From the IMG/VR virus record IMGVR_UViG_3300011991_000001: DNA of 64,000 nt; one strand, 5' to 3'. The notes under the pieces are model-generated. The model was not told where the DNA came from, ran no database searches, and was given only the letters and a program-made list of their open reading frames with translations. The translations under genes were made by a program, and so were the position numbers. Origin of the DNA: an uncultured virus (IMG/VR IMGVR_UViG_3300011991_000001) (Duplodnaviria; Heunggongvirae; Uroviricota; Caudoviricetes). Shown here piece by piece: positions 37,987 through 47,455 of the stretch (position 1 is its first letter; each line of letters begins with the position of its first letter).

Positions 37987-38748
37987 CTAATCATTGATTT
38001 CTACAATATACTTATACATCGAGTCGTATAGTTTTTGAGGAATTTTATCTTTATATTGGTCTGCTATTTGTTTTATGAGGTTTTCTTTATATATTTTATA
38101 TGTATTAAATGCTAATTCTGGAGTAACAAAACACCCTAAATATATTTCCTTACTATTTTTATTACATTGTGCTATATATTTTTTATTCTGCTTATGAAAA
38201 TGTACACCTATTGGATAATTTCCTCTAAATCTTCTTTTTTGGGTAAATAGCATATTTATATTTTTAGGAACAAAAATACATGTTTTAGAAGAATATATTT
38301 TATTTCCTTTTACTAATATATCTTTATCTAATGTCATTTCTTCATTATCCACTTCATAATAATTTTCATCATACCATTTTCCGAAGTTTTGGAAATTATG
38401 CCATTCTTCTGCCACAGAACACCCCAAGTATGATGGATTTTCTTTTTCTGAATTGTCGTATGATCTCCTCAACATTCCTTTCCATGCGTTAAACATTTTC
38501 GTAGTTTTTTTATTATTAGATGATTTGTATTTACCTATGCCAATGTAGCCTTTTCCAAATACGAAATTAGCATATCTGTCTTTAATGCTTCCATCTAAGA
38601 AATGGCTATATCTACTACTAACAGTTCTTCCTGAACTTAAAAATTTCACAATAATATTTCTTTCATTTGTATATTCAATAATACACATTTCAAGTCCATT
38701 TTTATTAAATCTTGTTTCATTTATTCTTTCAGACGATAAATTTTTCAT
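37987..38748 (-). CDS. HNH/AP2 homing endonuclease
   Basis: W.GML.R, EEWHNFQNF, LDKDIL..GNKIYS..TC.FVP..IN, AP2 GV.F.K...KY.A...YLG.F. Confidence 0.85.
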   Translation of the reverse strand: MKNLSSERINETRFNKNGLEMCIIEYTNERNIIVKFLSSGRTVSSRYSHFLDGSIKDRYANFVFGKGYIGIGKYKSSNNKKTTKMFNAWKGMLRRSYDNSEKENPSYLGCSVAEEWHNFQNFGKWYDENYYEVDNEEMTLDKDILVKGNKIYSSKTCIFVPKNINMLFTQKRRFRGNYPIGVHFHKQNKKYIAQCNKNSKEIYLGCFVTPELAFNTYKIYKENLIKQIADQYKDKIPQKLYDSMYKYIVEIND

Positions 38749-38768
38749 TGTTCCCCTTTATATATTAT

Positions 38769-39191
38769 TTATTGTATAAACATGTTGCAGAGCAATTCTT
38801 TAACGTCCTCAATATCACCATCGCAGTAATGACTAATGCATGAATTAATATGTGGACTCCAATGCCTTCCTTGAGAGCCAAAAGCTATTACTGGTTTCCC
38901 TAATTCTTTAAATCTAACTAATTCAAAAATAGTTCCTGGACTATAGTCTATATCATCCAAATTAACAATCATCATATTACATTTATTAATATAGTAATTG
39001 TTTTGATCAACTACAATTTTACTATCATATGTATGATTCTTTTCTTTAAGAAATGTGATTGCAGGATTGAATGTCTTTACATCCTTTAAGTCATGTGCCC
39101 AATGATCTAATCTTTGTCTCCATTGAGTTCCTTTAATCATTTCATCATTTCGATGATAATAAGTTAATGCACCTCCAAGATAAATGTACAT
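38769..39191 (-). CDS. nucleoside 2-deoxyribosyltransferase-like protein
   Basis: IYLGG...WR...FNP...SPGTIFEL...KPVI motifs. Confidence 0.75.
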   Translation of the reverse strand: MYIYLGGALTYYHRNDEMIKGTQWRQRLDHWAHDLKDVKTFNPAITFLKEKNHTYDSKIVVDQNNYYINKCNMMIVNLDDIDYSPGTIFELVRFKELGKPVIAFGSQGRHWSPHINSCISHYCDGDIEDVKELLCNMFIQ

Positions 39192-39730
39192 TAAATACCT
39201 CCTTCAATAATCTCTACTAATTGAGCAACTTCATTCCATAAACTATATAAACCAGATTCAGACTTAACATAGTGATCAAACTTAAAATCATCTAGTCCTA
39301 TTTCACTTATATGATTTTGCTGTTCATATGTAAGTGGACTTTTAAAATCTTTTCTGCTAACTCTAATTGTTGTTACAGCGTCAGGAAACATTGCTTGGGT
39401 AAAATAGATTTCATTCTTCCTTCTCGCATCTGGTATAAAGAAATAATCATACTCTTTTTCTGCAATTTTAATGTCTTCACAAACCCTATTAACATGAAAA
39501 TTTTCCATGCCTAATTCTTCTCTTATTAAATCAGTTCCTACAAATTGTAATATTGACCTTCCCTTTTCATCCTTTTTACCATCCCAACCAAAAAACTTTT
39601 TTGCTATTAATTTTAAGTAGTCTGCATAGGACAGTTTAATAGATGTTCCTTTTAACTGTTGCATAAGAATATCAGCAGTTGAGTCTTTGCCATTCTGTGC
39701 CTTACCTGATACTATGATAATTTTTTTCAA
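39191..39730 (-). CDS. deoxynucleoside monophosphate kinase-like protein
   Basis: SGKAQNGKD, YAD.LK, R..LQ..GT, IPD.R..NE, H.SE..LD motifs. Confidence 0.8.
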   Translation of the reverse strand: MKKIIIVSGKAQNGKDSTADILMQQLKGTSIKLSYADYLKLIAKKFFGWDGKKDEKGRSILQFVGTDLIREELGMENFHVNRVCEDIKIAEKEYDYFFIPDARRKNEIYFTQAMFPDAVTTIRVSRKDFKSPLTYEQQNHISEIGLDDFKFDHYVKSESGLYSLWNEVAQLVEIIEGGI

Positions 39731-40372
39731 TTATTTTCTCCCTTCATATGTAACTAATTGACTATAAGGTAATTTCTCAATAACATCACAAAAATACAAC
39801 CACTCACTGAGTTTATGGAATCTCCTTGAAGAATAAATATTACTCAATACAGCATAATTTAAAGTCACAGTTCTAGTCTGATTAAATGAAGAAGGTAACA
39901 TTTGTATCAATTGCATCCAAATATCTTTGTCATTTGTTTCCAAATACATTTGTCTTAACTGTTCCATCCAATAACAATGATCGTCAAAGTGTATATCGTT
40001 TTTATTATCTAATTTTTCTGCTGAAAATAATTCAGGAGTTATTTTTGTTTTGTGAAGTGTATGCATTGTACTTGTAGAATTAGCCACAGTACCAATTTTA
40101 TATGTATCAAATTCTTTCCACCAATATAAAGGAGCTTTAATATCCATAGAAACAAATATTTGTCTCATGAATTTTGAGTGATCTGAACCTGCATTAATTA
40201 ATTTTAAAGCAAGTGCTAAATCGTTTTCCCCTACAATAAATTCATCATTGAACCCTAATTCAAGTGCATACTCCCAACGACTATCCGATTGACCCCAACT
40301 TTCAAGAGGGTTTCTCATTCCACGTAGAGCGTTTTCTATATTCATTACTGAAACATATTCAATATTAATCAA
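39731..40372 (-). CDS. divergent ThyX-like protein
   Basis: H.KFMRQ, APLYWWKEFDTY, STSTMH, LPSS..Q.R...NY, R..HKL.EW..FC; overall ThyX layout. Confidence 0.6.
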   Translation of the reverse strand: MINIEYVSVMNIENALRGMRNPLESWGQSDSRWEYALELGFNDEFIVGENDLALALKLINAGSDHSKFMRQIFVSMDIKAPLYWWKEFDTYKIGTVANSTSTMHTLHKTKITPELFSAEKLDNKNDIHFDDHCYWMEQLRQMYLETNDKDIWMQLIQMLPSSFNQTRTVTLNYAVLSNIYSSRRFHKLSEWLYFCDVIEKLPYSQLVTYEGRK

Positions 40373-40387
40373 TTATGTATCTCCTTT

Positions 40388-40846
40388 CTAATGTAGATCA
40401 TATTTTTTATATTCATGTTTACCAATGAAAACACACCTGTCTAAAAAATGGCAATGGTCACAGTCATATCTAGCAAATGCAGTTTGGTTTAAGCAACTTC
40501 TAGGATTATGATAACTCTCCTTCCCATCCTCAGTAAAAGGAATATCAACTTCAACATTTTCATCAATAACTTCCACTTCTTCTATTTCACCCACAGCTCT
40601 TAGAATTTCAAGTGTCGTTTTTAACTGTTCACCATCAGCAAATTCCACTGTATAAGATTCAGCATTGTAAGTACGACTACGATTAATAACCTTACATTCC
40701 TGCCCTGAGTATCCTTCGATCACATTACCCATGTAAATAACTACTTGACCAGATTCATAGGAATATTCAGTTGTTTTACTCCTTCTTTTAGTAATTGGTT
40801 TTTTCTTAGCAGAAGTTTTTGTCAACAGACTTTTACTCTTTGCCAT
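40388..40846 (-). CDS. hypothetical protein (basic N-terminus, SH3-like core, Cys-rich C-terminus)
   Basis: 152 aa ORF with own promoter and SD. Confidence 0.6.
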   Translation of the reverse strand: MAKSKSLLTKTSAKKKPITKRRSKTTEYSYESGQVVIYMGNVIEGYSGQECKVINRSRTYNAESYTVEFADGEQLKTTLEILRAVGEIEEVEVIDENVEVDIPFTEDGKESYHNPRSCLNQTAFARYDCDHCHFLDRCVFIGKHEYKKYDLH

Positions 40847-40884
40847 TTAAATTCCAACCTCCTTCCCCTATTACTATATGTTTA

Positions 40885-40913
40885 ATTATATATCATTAGT
40901 ACAATAAACTCAA
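40885..40913 (-). promoter_or_regulatory. sigmaA promoter
   Basis: TTGAGT-N17-TATAAT. Confidence 0.7.
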
Positions 40914-41280
40914 GAACTATTTAATACTGTAAAAATCCTGTGGTATCTGCTTCATATTCAATAAATTCAGCATCTTCTAAAGCTACTACTATTGTTTCGT
41001 CCATTACTCCAACCTCCTCATTATCAATTATATATAATTTACTATATGTAATCACTAAAGGATCGGTTACTGTCTCCATAATTTATCCTCCTATATTAAA
41101 TTAGAATTCATCGTATGCATCCCAAATCATACTTATAATATCTTGTTTTATTTCTTCTGTATCATAACCACAACCAAGTATACCTTCTTTTTCAATTTTT
41201 TTAACTAAGAATTCAACAAAACCTCTATCTCCTAAAGTCATTTTATTACTCCTTTCCGATAAAATTTATCTTTTGATGTA

Positions 41281-41595
41281 TTATTTATAAAACACATATT
41301 CAAATTCTGGACGGTTACAATCTTCCATATGCTTTCTAATATGTACTAAAACTAAGTCTCTAATTACTTCTCGTTTTACTCCTGCGTCATTGTGGTCATA
41401 ATCAATTAGATTGAAATTAATTTGGATATCACAGGTGAAACCTCTTTTAAACTGGTCAATAACTTCAGCACATGTCAAGATAAATTTATCTTCGGTTTCA
41501 TCAAAACCTTGGAATAGCTCAACTGTAAATCCTGTATCTCCAGTAGTGATACTAATACTTGAGACTTCTTTTATAAATATTTTATTTTTATACAT
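41281..41595 (-). CDS. hypothetical protein
   Basis: 104 aa ORF bounded by palindromic junction sites. Confidence 0.6.
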   Translation of the reverse strand: MYKNKIFIKEVSSISITTGDTGFTVELFQGFDETEDKFILTCAEVIDQFKRGFTCDIQINFNLIDYDHNDAGVKREVIRDLVLVHIRKHMEDCNRPEFEYVFYK

Positions 41596-41631
41596 TATCT
41601 TTTCCTTCTTTCTTAGCTTAAAATAGGTTTT

Positions 41632-41976
41632 TTATTTAATATTGTATTTTTTCTTAATGCTTATCAATTCTTTTTGATATTTCATATTGTTAACTGTCTC
41701 ATTATCGTCCAAGTCTTCTAATTTGATAATTTGCTGTTCTAAATTAAATCTCCTATTATTCACATTAGCTAATTCCTCTTTTAAAACTTGTTCATGTTGG
41801 GCATCTTCGCAATCACAATAATAAGTTAATTCTTCGTATCTACTATCACTGTCATAAGAACTCTCAAGAATTGCCTTATTACCACAGTATGAACAATATC
41901 GTATCTCTTCTATGGAATCCCAAATATTTTTGGGGAGCGCCATTTCCTTAAATGTAAATGTTCTCGTTTCAAACAT
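41632..41976 (-). CDS. hypothetical protein with CxxC/CxC zinc motif
   Basis: CSYCG...CDC followed by coiled coil. Confidence 0.6.
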   Translation of the reverse strand: MFETRTFTFKEMALPKNIWDSIEEIRYCSYCGNKAILESSYDSDSRYEELTYYCDCEDAQHEQVLKEELANVNNRRFNLEQQIIKLEDLDDNETVNNMKYQKELISIKKKYNIK

Positions 41977-42011
41977 TATAAAACATCCTTTCATAGCTTA
42001 AAATCATTATT

Positions 42012-42212
42012 TTAAATAGTTTCAATATTATCAAGAATATAATCAGCTAATTCATAGATAAAATTGGAATCAATCTCCTCAAAATCATCAGTTGTCATAG
42101 TTCCAAAGCCAAACGCTTCTTTAACTCGCGTTAAATTATAAACATATGTTCCATCTTTGGAATCCATATCAAAAAATTCATTTAATTTCTGTGCTATTTG
42201 TTCTCTATTCAT
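42012..42212 (-). CDS. hypothetical protein
   Basis: 66 aa ORF with GGAGG SD. Confidence 0.6.
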   Translation of the reverse strand: MNREQIAQKLNEFFDMDSKDGTYVYNLTRVKEAFGFGTMTTDDFEEIDSNFIYELADYILDNIETI

Positions 42213-42310
42213 AATTGTCCTCCTTCCCTTGAAATAAAGTTTTCATTGGTTTTATGTAGTTGAAAAACGTAGCATGAGCGAGTAAATGGAAGCATACAGG
42301 AGGTACTATT

Positions 42311-42640
42311 TTATACAACCTTAATAAATTCCATAATATCTAACATTGCATAAGTTCTTAAATCATTTTTACCTACGTCCCAAACATCCATTAACCATTG
42401 ATCTGTTTTGTGATATTCTGTATGTCCATACCACACACTTGCAGGGATAATTGTTCTGACTCCAACTTCACCTTTCCAATTCTTATATTTTACTTTGAGT
42501 GGGTTATCTGATGATTTAGTTTCTAGTTTATCTACTCTCACAATACTTTTCATGGATTCTCCGATTAAATTACCTGTACTTCTTGTGTACTTGCTTGCAT
42601 TAATGAGCATTTCTTTAAACATATCTTGACCACTTTTCAT
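42311..42640 (-). CDS. stand-alone WYL-like domain protein
   Basis: Y.NWKGE...R.I.P..V.YG......QWL...WD......RTY....I. Confidence 0.65.
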   Translation of the reverse strand: MKSGQDMFKEMLINASKYTRSTGNLIGESMKSIVRVDKLETKSSDNPLKVKYKNWKGEVGVRTIIPASVWYGHTEYHKTDQWLMDVWDVGKNDLRTYAMLDIMEFIKVV

Positions 42641-42676
42641 TATTTAACATCCTTCCTTTCCCTTAAAATTTTCGTT

Positions 42677-43165
42677 TTATTTGTTGGTGCTACCAAGACA
42701 ATTCATTCCTCTTTCTGATGTAATTAGCTTCAATTCCTCATAACTTTTTTCAATAACTTCTGTTTTAGGAACTGGAAGTAATACTACCTGAGCAATTGCT
42801 TTAGCATATGGATAAAGGATTATATTATCATTTTTGAAAAAATGAAATGTTTCCTTATAAATAAATAATCTTTTATTTGTTGTATTTGTTAAAGGAACAA
42901 ACCATTCATTGCGATAACCAGAGTCAATTACTCCACATCTTTGAGCGATTCCTTTTGTCCCTGTACTACCTCTCTCTTGTAATTGAAAGTAAAAATCAGG
43001 AGAACATGCACTTGCAATCCCAGTAGGAATCATCATTGTTGAATGTGGTTGAATTTCAATATAATCTTCCTCAAAGTTAGCATATACATCATACCCTGCA
43101 TTCTCAACATTCTTTGATGGAATAATTACACTAGGATTTACTTTAGCAAAATAGATAGTTTCCAT
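42677..43165 (-). CDS. dut: dUTPase (trimeric)
   Basis: AGYD, RGS, GVIDSGYR, IAQ, RG...GST motifs. Confidence 0.92.
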   Translation of the reverse strand: METIYFAKVNPSVIIPSKNVENAGYDVYANFEEDYIEIQPHSTMMIPTGIASACSPDFYFQLQERGSTGTKGIAQRCGVIDSGYRNEWFVPLTNTTNKRLFIYKETFHFFKNDNIILYPYAKAIAQVVLLPVPKTEVIEKSYEELKLITSERGMNCLGSTNK

Positions 43166-43194
43166 TTATACATTACCTCACATCATTTTATTTA

Positions 43195-46100
43195 TTAGTT
43201 ACACTTAGAATATCCGCATGATTTGCATTGAATGCAACCACCTTCATTAATTAAAGACTCTTTGCATTCGGGACATAATCTTGAATTATCAGCAACTTCT
43301 TCTACCACAACTGTTTTAGTTTGCAAAATCTTATCAACATTCTCAAATTTAACACCAACATCTTTAATTGCTTGTTTAAGAATATTAGCAATAGCATGAG
43401 GGCAACTAACTCCTTTGCTAACTGGTTTTCCTTTAGCTCTAGCACTTATGTATGATGGACAAATATCTACACTTTCTAATTGATCAATAATCTTCTCAAT
43501 TGGAATACCGCCACGCAATGCTAATGATACTAATCTTGATACAGCCTCTTGATTACTTCTACAGGTACCACTACTTCCTTTGTTAGTAAATGTTTGATTA
43601 ATCTTACCTGTTTCATCCCATGTCACTCCAACATATGCATTACCACAACCACTAACAAATTTATATGTCTTACCTTCTGCTTCTGATGGTGCTTTAGTCA
43701 CAAACCCACGATCTAATACTGTTTCAATAGCTTTCTTTTCTACTGTTGGTTTAGTCAATATACCAAGTCTTGCACAATTATCCCTAAAAATAGTTACTCC
43801 CTTTAATCCTTTCTCCCAAGCATATAAATACAATTGTTCAACTTCTTCAAGTGTCGCACTCTCTGGAAGATTTACTGTAGAAGAAATTGCTGTATCTACA
43901 TGATTTTGTGCAATAGCTTGAATATCAATTCTGTCTTTCCAAGGAATTTCATTTGATGTTACAAAGTAATCTGGTAGTATTTCTGTGTTGTATAATTCCA
44001 TATACTCTTTTGCACTACTCATAAAAACGGTATAAGATACTTCTTTATCTTTATGTAATGATTCTGTTTTTCTCTGATATGAGAGTGAAAAACAAGGTTC
44101 AATTCCAGTTGTAATATCCAACATTGTCCCAATAGAACCAGAAGGTGCAATACTTAGAAGTGAACAGTTTCTTAGACCCATTTTTCTAAGTGTATCAATT
44201 TCTTCTTCGTCAAAATGATCTTTAATAATAGTAGAGTCAAATACTTTTTCTGAGTATTTAGGAAAACATCCTTTTTCTATTGCTAATTCTGCACTCTTCC
44301 AAACTGCACTTCTAAACATTTCAAACATAATAACATCAAGAATTCGTTTTGATTCTTCGCTACCATATTTCATACCTAGTTTAATAAACATATCCCCAAG
44401 ACCCATAATGCCTAATCCAACATTCCTATAATCATTTGCCATTTGTCTTTGACTTTCTAATGCATGAAGAAGTTTTCCTTCGTCTAGGACATTATCTAAT
44501 GATTCAATAGCTACTCTAACATCTTCTGAAAATGCATCATCATCAAAGTATGATTCTTTAGTATATGGGTTCACAACATAGGCAGAAAAATTCATTGAAC
44601 CTAAATTACATGCACCATCCTTTGGAAGAGGTTGTTCCCCACAATTATGTACGACTACTCCTTCTACTACTCCCCAATGGGTTAATGGCTCAGAGAAATC
44701 ATATACTTTTTCTTTTGGAAGTTTTTTAATAGATGTCACTTTTGGACTCTTAATTTTAATTAAATCAACTAAATCATGGATTTTGTATTGTTGCATAAAC
44801 CCTATGGATTGATAAAATGTAATTATATCAGTTAATCTACTAATGTTAACATCATAACTTTCTTTGCATAGGTAGTCTCCATTTGAAAACTTAACCATTG
44901 TTGGTTTATTAGTAGTAATATATGCCGTGATCCCAAATTCTTCTAATGCTTTCTTTAACTGCAATGAGAATACTTTTGAAGTAGTTTTGTATGATACTCT
45001 GTGAGTTTTAATCACACAACCATTTGCCGAATAACATCCTTTTAAGAAATTTGCTCTTTGAAACTTCATCCAAGATGTATAGGTAATAGGGAATACTCGT
45101 TCTGGTAATACGCTACCATCAAACCCATACTGTACCAATAGATCATTATAGCCATTTATGTAATAAGCACGTTTCCCTTCAACCTTAGATACTTCAAACA
45201 AGTCTAAAATCTCATCATCCTTATCTCCAATATTGACTTCTAATCCTAGATGATGTTCTGAGTTAATTCTGCCAACACATCCATCTCCTTGGATGAACCC
45301 TAATTGTACAAAAATATCTTCTGATAAATTAGTTTCTCCGTAATAAGAGGTTAATCTTTGTTTTAGAGTATCTTTAGCCTGTGACTCATTATTATTATTT
45401 AACATGAATACATGGTCTGGAGTGCATTTTATCCTCTTCTTGTTACTTAAAGTAAGTTGAATAATATCTTTCTCTCCACTACACCAAACTTTTCCTTCTG
45501 ATGTGTTGCCATCAGGATTAATAATTTGTACTTCTTTATCTTCTAATTCTGAGAGTGTTTTATAACCTTCCTTTGTTAGCAATTCCATATCTCCTGTGAA
45601 GCAAGGGTTGCCTGTTACAATCTCATATTCGACAATAAACTCCATTAGATTATAATTTCTGAATCTATTAGTCATGATTGCCCCAGGTTCAGCCCAGTTA
45701 TATGAACTATTTGCAAAGTTCTTATATATGTCAATTGGAGTTATTTTATATGTAATAGATTTACCTTCATATTTTTTTGTGATATCAAGGACTGTTTTTT
45801 CACCTGTTTCATAGAATTTCTTTACAGCTAACATGAACTCATCATCAAATTCTACTGAAAGATTTGCTTTATTGATTGAGTTATCTTTAGTCTTGATACT
45901 AATAAACTCATTAATTTCTTTATGGTCACAAGCAAGAGACATTAATAATGCACCTTTTCTACTACCACCTTGACTAACACTCTCTGTAGTAATATTAAAT
46001 ATCCTCATGAAAGGCAAGATCCCATCAGATTCAAATTGTCCATTAATATCTGTGCCTTTTGGTCTGATCTTAGATAATGATAATCCTTGACCACCTTGAG

Positions 46101-46389
46101 ATTTATATGTCATAGCAAGATTAGTATTAAGTTCCATAATTCCTAGTAGAGAATCTGGAGCATACCCACTTGAATAACAGTTACTATAACTTGCATTTTT
46201 ACCTGTTTTTCTATTAGATAATGTCCTCCCACCAAAGAGAAACTTCTTTTCATAGATTAATCGTTTTGTTTCTTCATTTCCTGCTGATACTCTATCTACC
46301 CATTCATCAAATGATTCTGTTTTGAATCGGTATTTATTATCCCAAATATCTTTTCCTAATTGTTCTGTAAGCCATTGTTCTATTTTCAA
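43195..46389 (-). CDS. nrdJ: class II (B12-dependent) ribonucleotide reductase with intein
   Basis: GGR, SNC, NP|CGEQPL, CNLGS, IAPSGS, GIEP, TSCPD domain and C-terminal CPEC...CKSCG. Confidence 0.93.
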   Translation of the reverse strand: MKIEQWLTEQLGKDIWDNKYRFKTESFDEWVDRVSAGNEETKRLIYEKKFLFGGRTLSNRKTGKNASYSNCYSSGYAPDSLLGIMELNTNLAMTYKSQGGQGLSLSKIRPKGTDINGQFESDGILPFMRIFNITTESVSQGGSRKGALLMSLACDHKEINEFISIKTKDNSINKANLSVEFDDEFMLAVKKFYETGEKTVLDITKKYEGKSITYKITPIDIYKNFANSSYNWAEPGAIMTNRFRNYNLMEFIVEYEIVTGNPCFTGDMELLTKEGYKTLSELEDKEVQIINPDGNTSEGKVWCSGEKDIIQLTLSNKKRIKCTPDHVFMLNNNNESQAKDTLKQRLTSYYGETNLSEDIFVQLGFIQGDGCVGRINSEHHLGLEVNIGDKDDEILDLFEVSKVEGKRAYYINGYNDLLVQYGFDGSVLPERVFPITYTSWMKFQRANFLKGCYSANGCVIKTHRVSYKTTSKVFSLQLKKALEEFGITAYITTNKPTMVKFSNGDYLCKESYDVNISRLTDIITFYQSIGFMQQYKIHDLVDLIKIKSPKVTSIKKLPKEKVYDFSEPLTHWGVVEGVVVHNCGEQPLPKDGACNLGSMNFSAYVVNPYTKESYFDDDAFSEDVRVAIESLDNVLDEGKLLHALESQRQMANDYRNVGLGIMGLGDMFIKLGMKYGSEESKRILDVIMFEMFRSAVWKSAELAIEKGCFPKYSEKVFDSTIIKDHFDEEEIDTLRKMGLRNCSLLSIAPSGSIGTMLDITTGIEPCFSLSYQRKTESLHKDKEVSYTVFMSSAKEYMELYNTEILPDYFVTSNEIPWKDRIDIQAIAQNHVDTAISSTVNLPESATLEEVEQLYLYAWEKGLKGVTIFRDNCARLGILTKPTVEKKAIETVLDRGFVTKAPSEAEGKTYKFVSGCGNAYVGVTWDETGKINQTFTNKGSSGTCRSNQEAVSRLVSLALRGGIPIEKIIDQLESVDICPSYISARAKGKPVSKGVSCPHAIANILKQAIKDVGVKFENVDKILQTKTVVVEEVADNSRLCPECKESLINEGGCIQCKSCGYSKCN
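44644..45603 (-). mobile_element. intein with LAGLIDADG endonuclease (320 aa) in nrdJ
   Basis: Starts CFTGD, block B CTPDH, LGFIQGDG and FLKGCYSANG, ends VVHN before the catalytic Cys. Confidence 0.93.
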
Positions 46390-46411
46390 ATTTATGTATC
46401 CTCCAATATTA

Positions 46412-46606
46412 TTATTTATTATCCTTAATAACTTCTTCCTTAATAAACTCTTTTCTAGCCTGCCAAAAATACTTATAATCGTTTAACTCTGTGCATACTT
46501 GTTCAAATAAAGCATAAGTTTGTGGATCACTAGGAGTTGCTAATACTCTATAGCATTGGTTTCTTTTAATACATTTTATTGATTGGCATTGAGTTAAATC
46601 AGACAA
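46412..46606 (-). CDS. small Cys-rich phage protein
   Basis: DLTQC....C.KR..CYR......Q.Y..F...C pattern. Confidence 0.65.
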   Translation of the reverse strand: MSDLTQCQSIKCIKRNQCYRVLATPSDPQTYALFEQVCTELNDYKYFWQARKEFIKEEVIKDNK

Positions 46607-46621
46607 TTTATTTATATCCTC

Positions 46622-47068
46622 CTAATCCCAGAAATTTTCAATATTTAACTTTAACAAATCAAACATCCTATTTTTATCATCTTCCCTATTCTTATCAGCT
46701 AATTTACAACATTCCCAATGTGCTGAAACAGTTTCTTCATCGACATTATATTCTAATTCATTATCAATAATTTTAAATAACTCTACATCTCCATATTTTT
46801 CTTCATATGGTTTCAATGCTTCTTCTAAATAATCATCTTTCATTAGTTTTTCACATAGCAATTTAACTTCATGAATTTGTCCAGCAATACCTTCTGATTT
46901 AGCTGTCCACGCTTTATCACTATTAAAGAATTTCTCCATATTGTCAAATTTTTTATACCATATTGAGTAAATATAGTAATGATCCCAATTTCTATCATTC
47001 CAGATTGCAGGAAACCATTTGATTAGATTTATAATACCTCTCTTTGTATTACGAAAAAATTGAAACAT
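46622..47068 (-). CDS. hypothetical phage protein
   Basis: GI.NLIKWFP.IW.DRNWD...L...I..FWD pattern. Confidence 0.65.
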   Translation of the reverse strand: MFQFFRNTKRGIINLIKWFPAIWNDRNWDHYYIYSIWYKKFDNMEKFFNSDKAWTAKSEGIAGQIHEVKLLCEKLMKDDYLEEALKPYEEKYGDVELFKIIDNELEYNVDEETVSAHWECCKLADKNREDDKNRMFDLLKLNIENFWD

Positions 47069-47082
47069 CTTTAGTCACCTCC

Positions 47083-47238
47083 TTATTTTCCACTTTGAAT
47101 CCATGTATCTTCTTCACCATTTTCATGAATAGTCACTTCTGATTCACACATGATGCAAGAATATAAACTTATTTCATTAGTGCTCATACCTTCTGTAGAT
47201 TCTAATTCCATTTCTTCAAGGCAGTATTTACATTGCAT
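47083..47238 (-). CDS. small zinc-finger protein
   Basis: MQCKYC...YSCIMCES; GGAGGTG SD. Confidence 0.55.
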   Translation of the reverse strand: MQCKYCLEEMELESTEGMSTNEISLYSCIMCESEVTIHENGEEDTWIQSGK

Positions 47239-47407
47239 ATTGATCACCTCCTATAAAATTTGTTTTTTATGGGGTTTTGTGTTTTTGAAACCCTTGCTAT
47301 AAGCCACTTACAGAGGTGGGATATTTTGGAATTATATAAATTCACATGATTTTCGCCTTCTTTTCACTCAGAATTTTGTTTTGGTGCTGAATTACTTCCT
47401 GTATATT

Positions 47408-47436
47408 ATTGTACCATGTTGGGTATTATAAGTCAA
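47408..47436 (-). promoter_or_regulatory. sigmaA promoter
   Basis: TTGACT-N17-TACAAT with extended TG. Confidence 0.7.
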
Positions 47437-47455
47437 CTAAATTATATATTATTTG

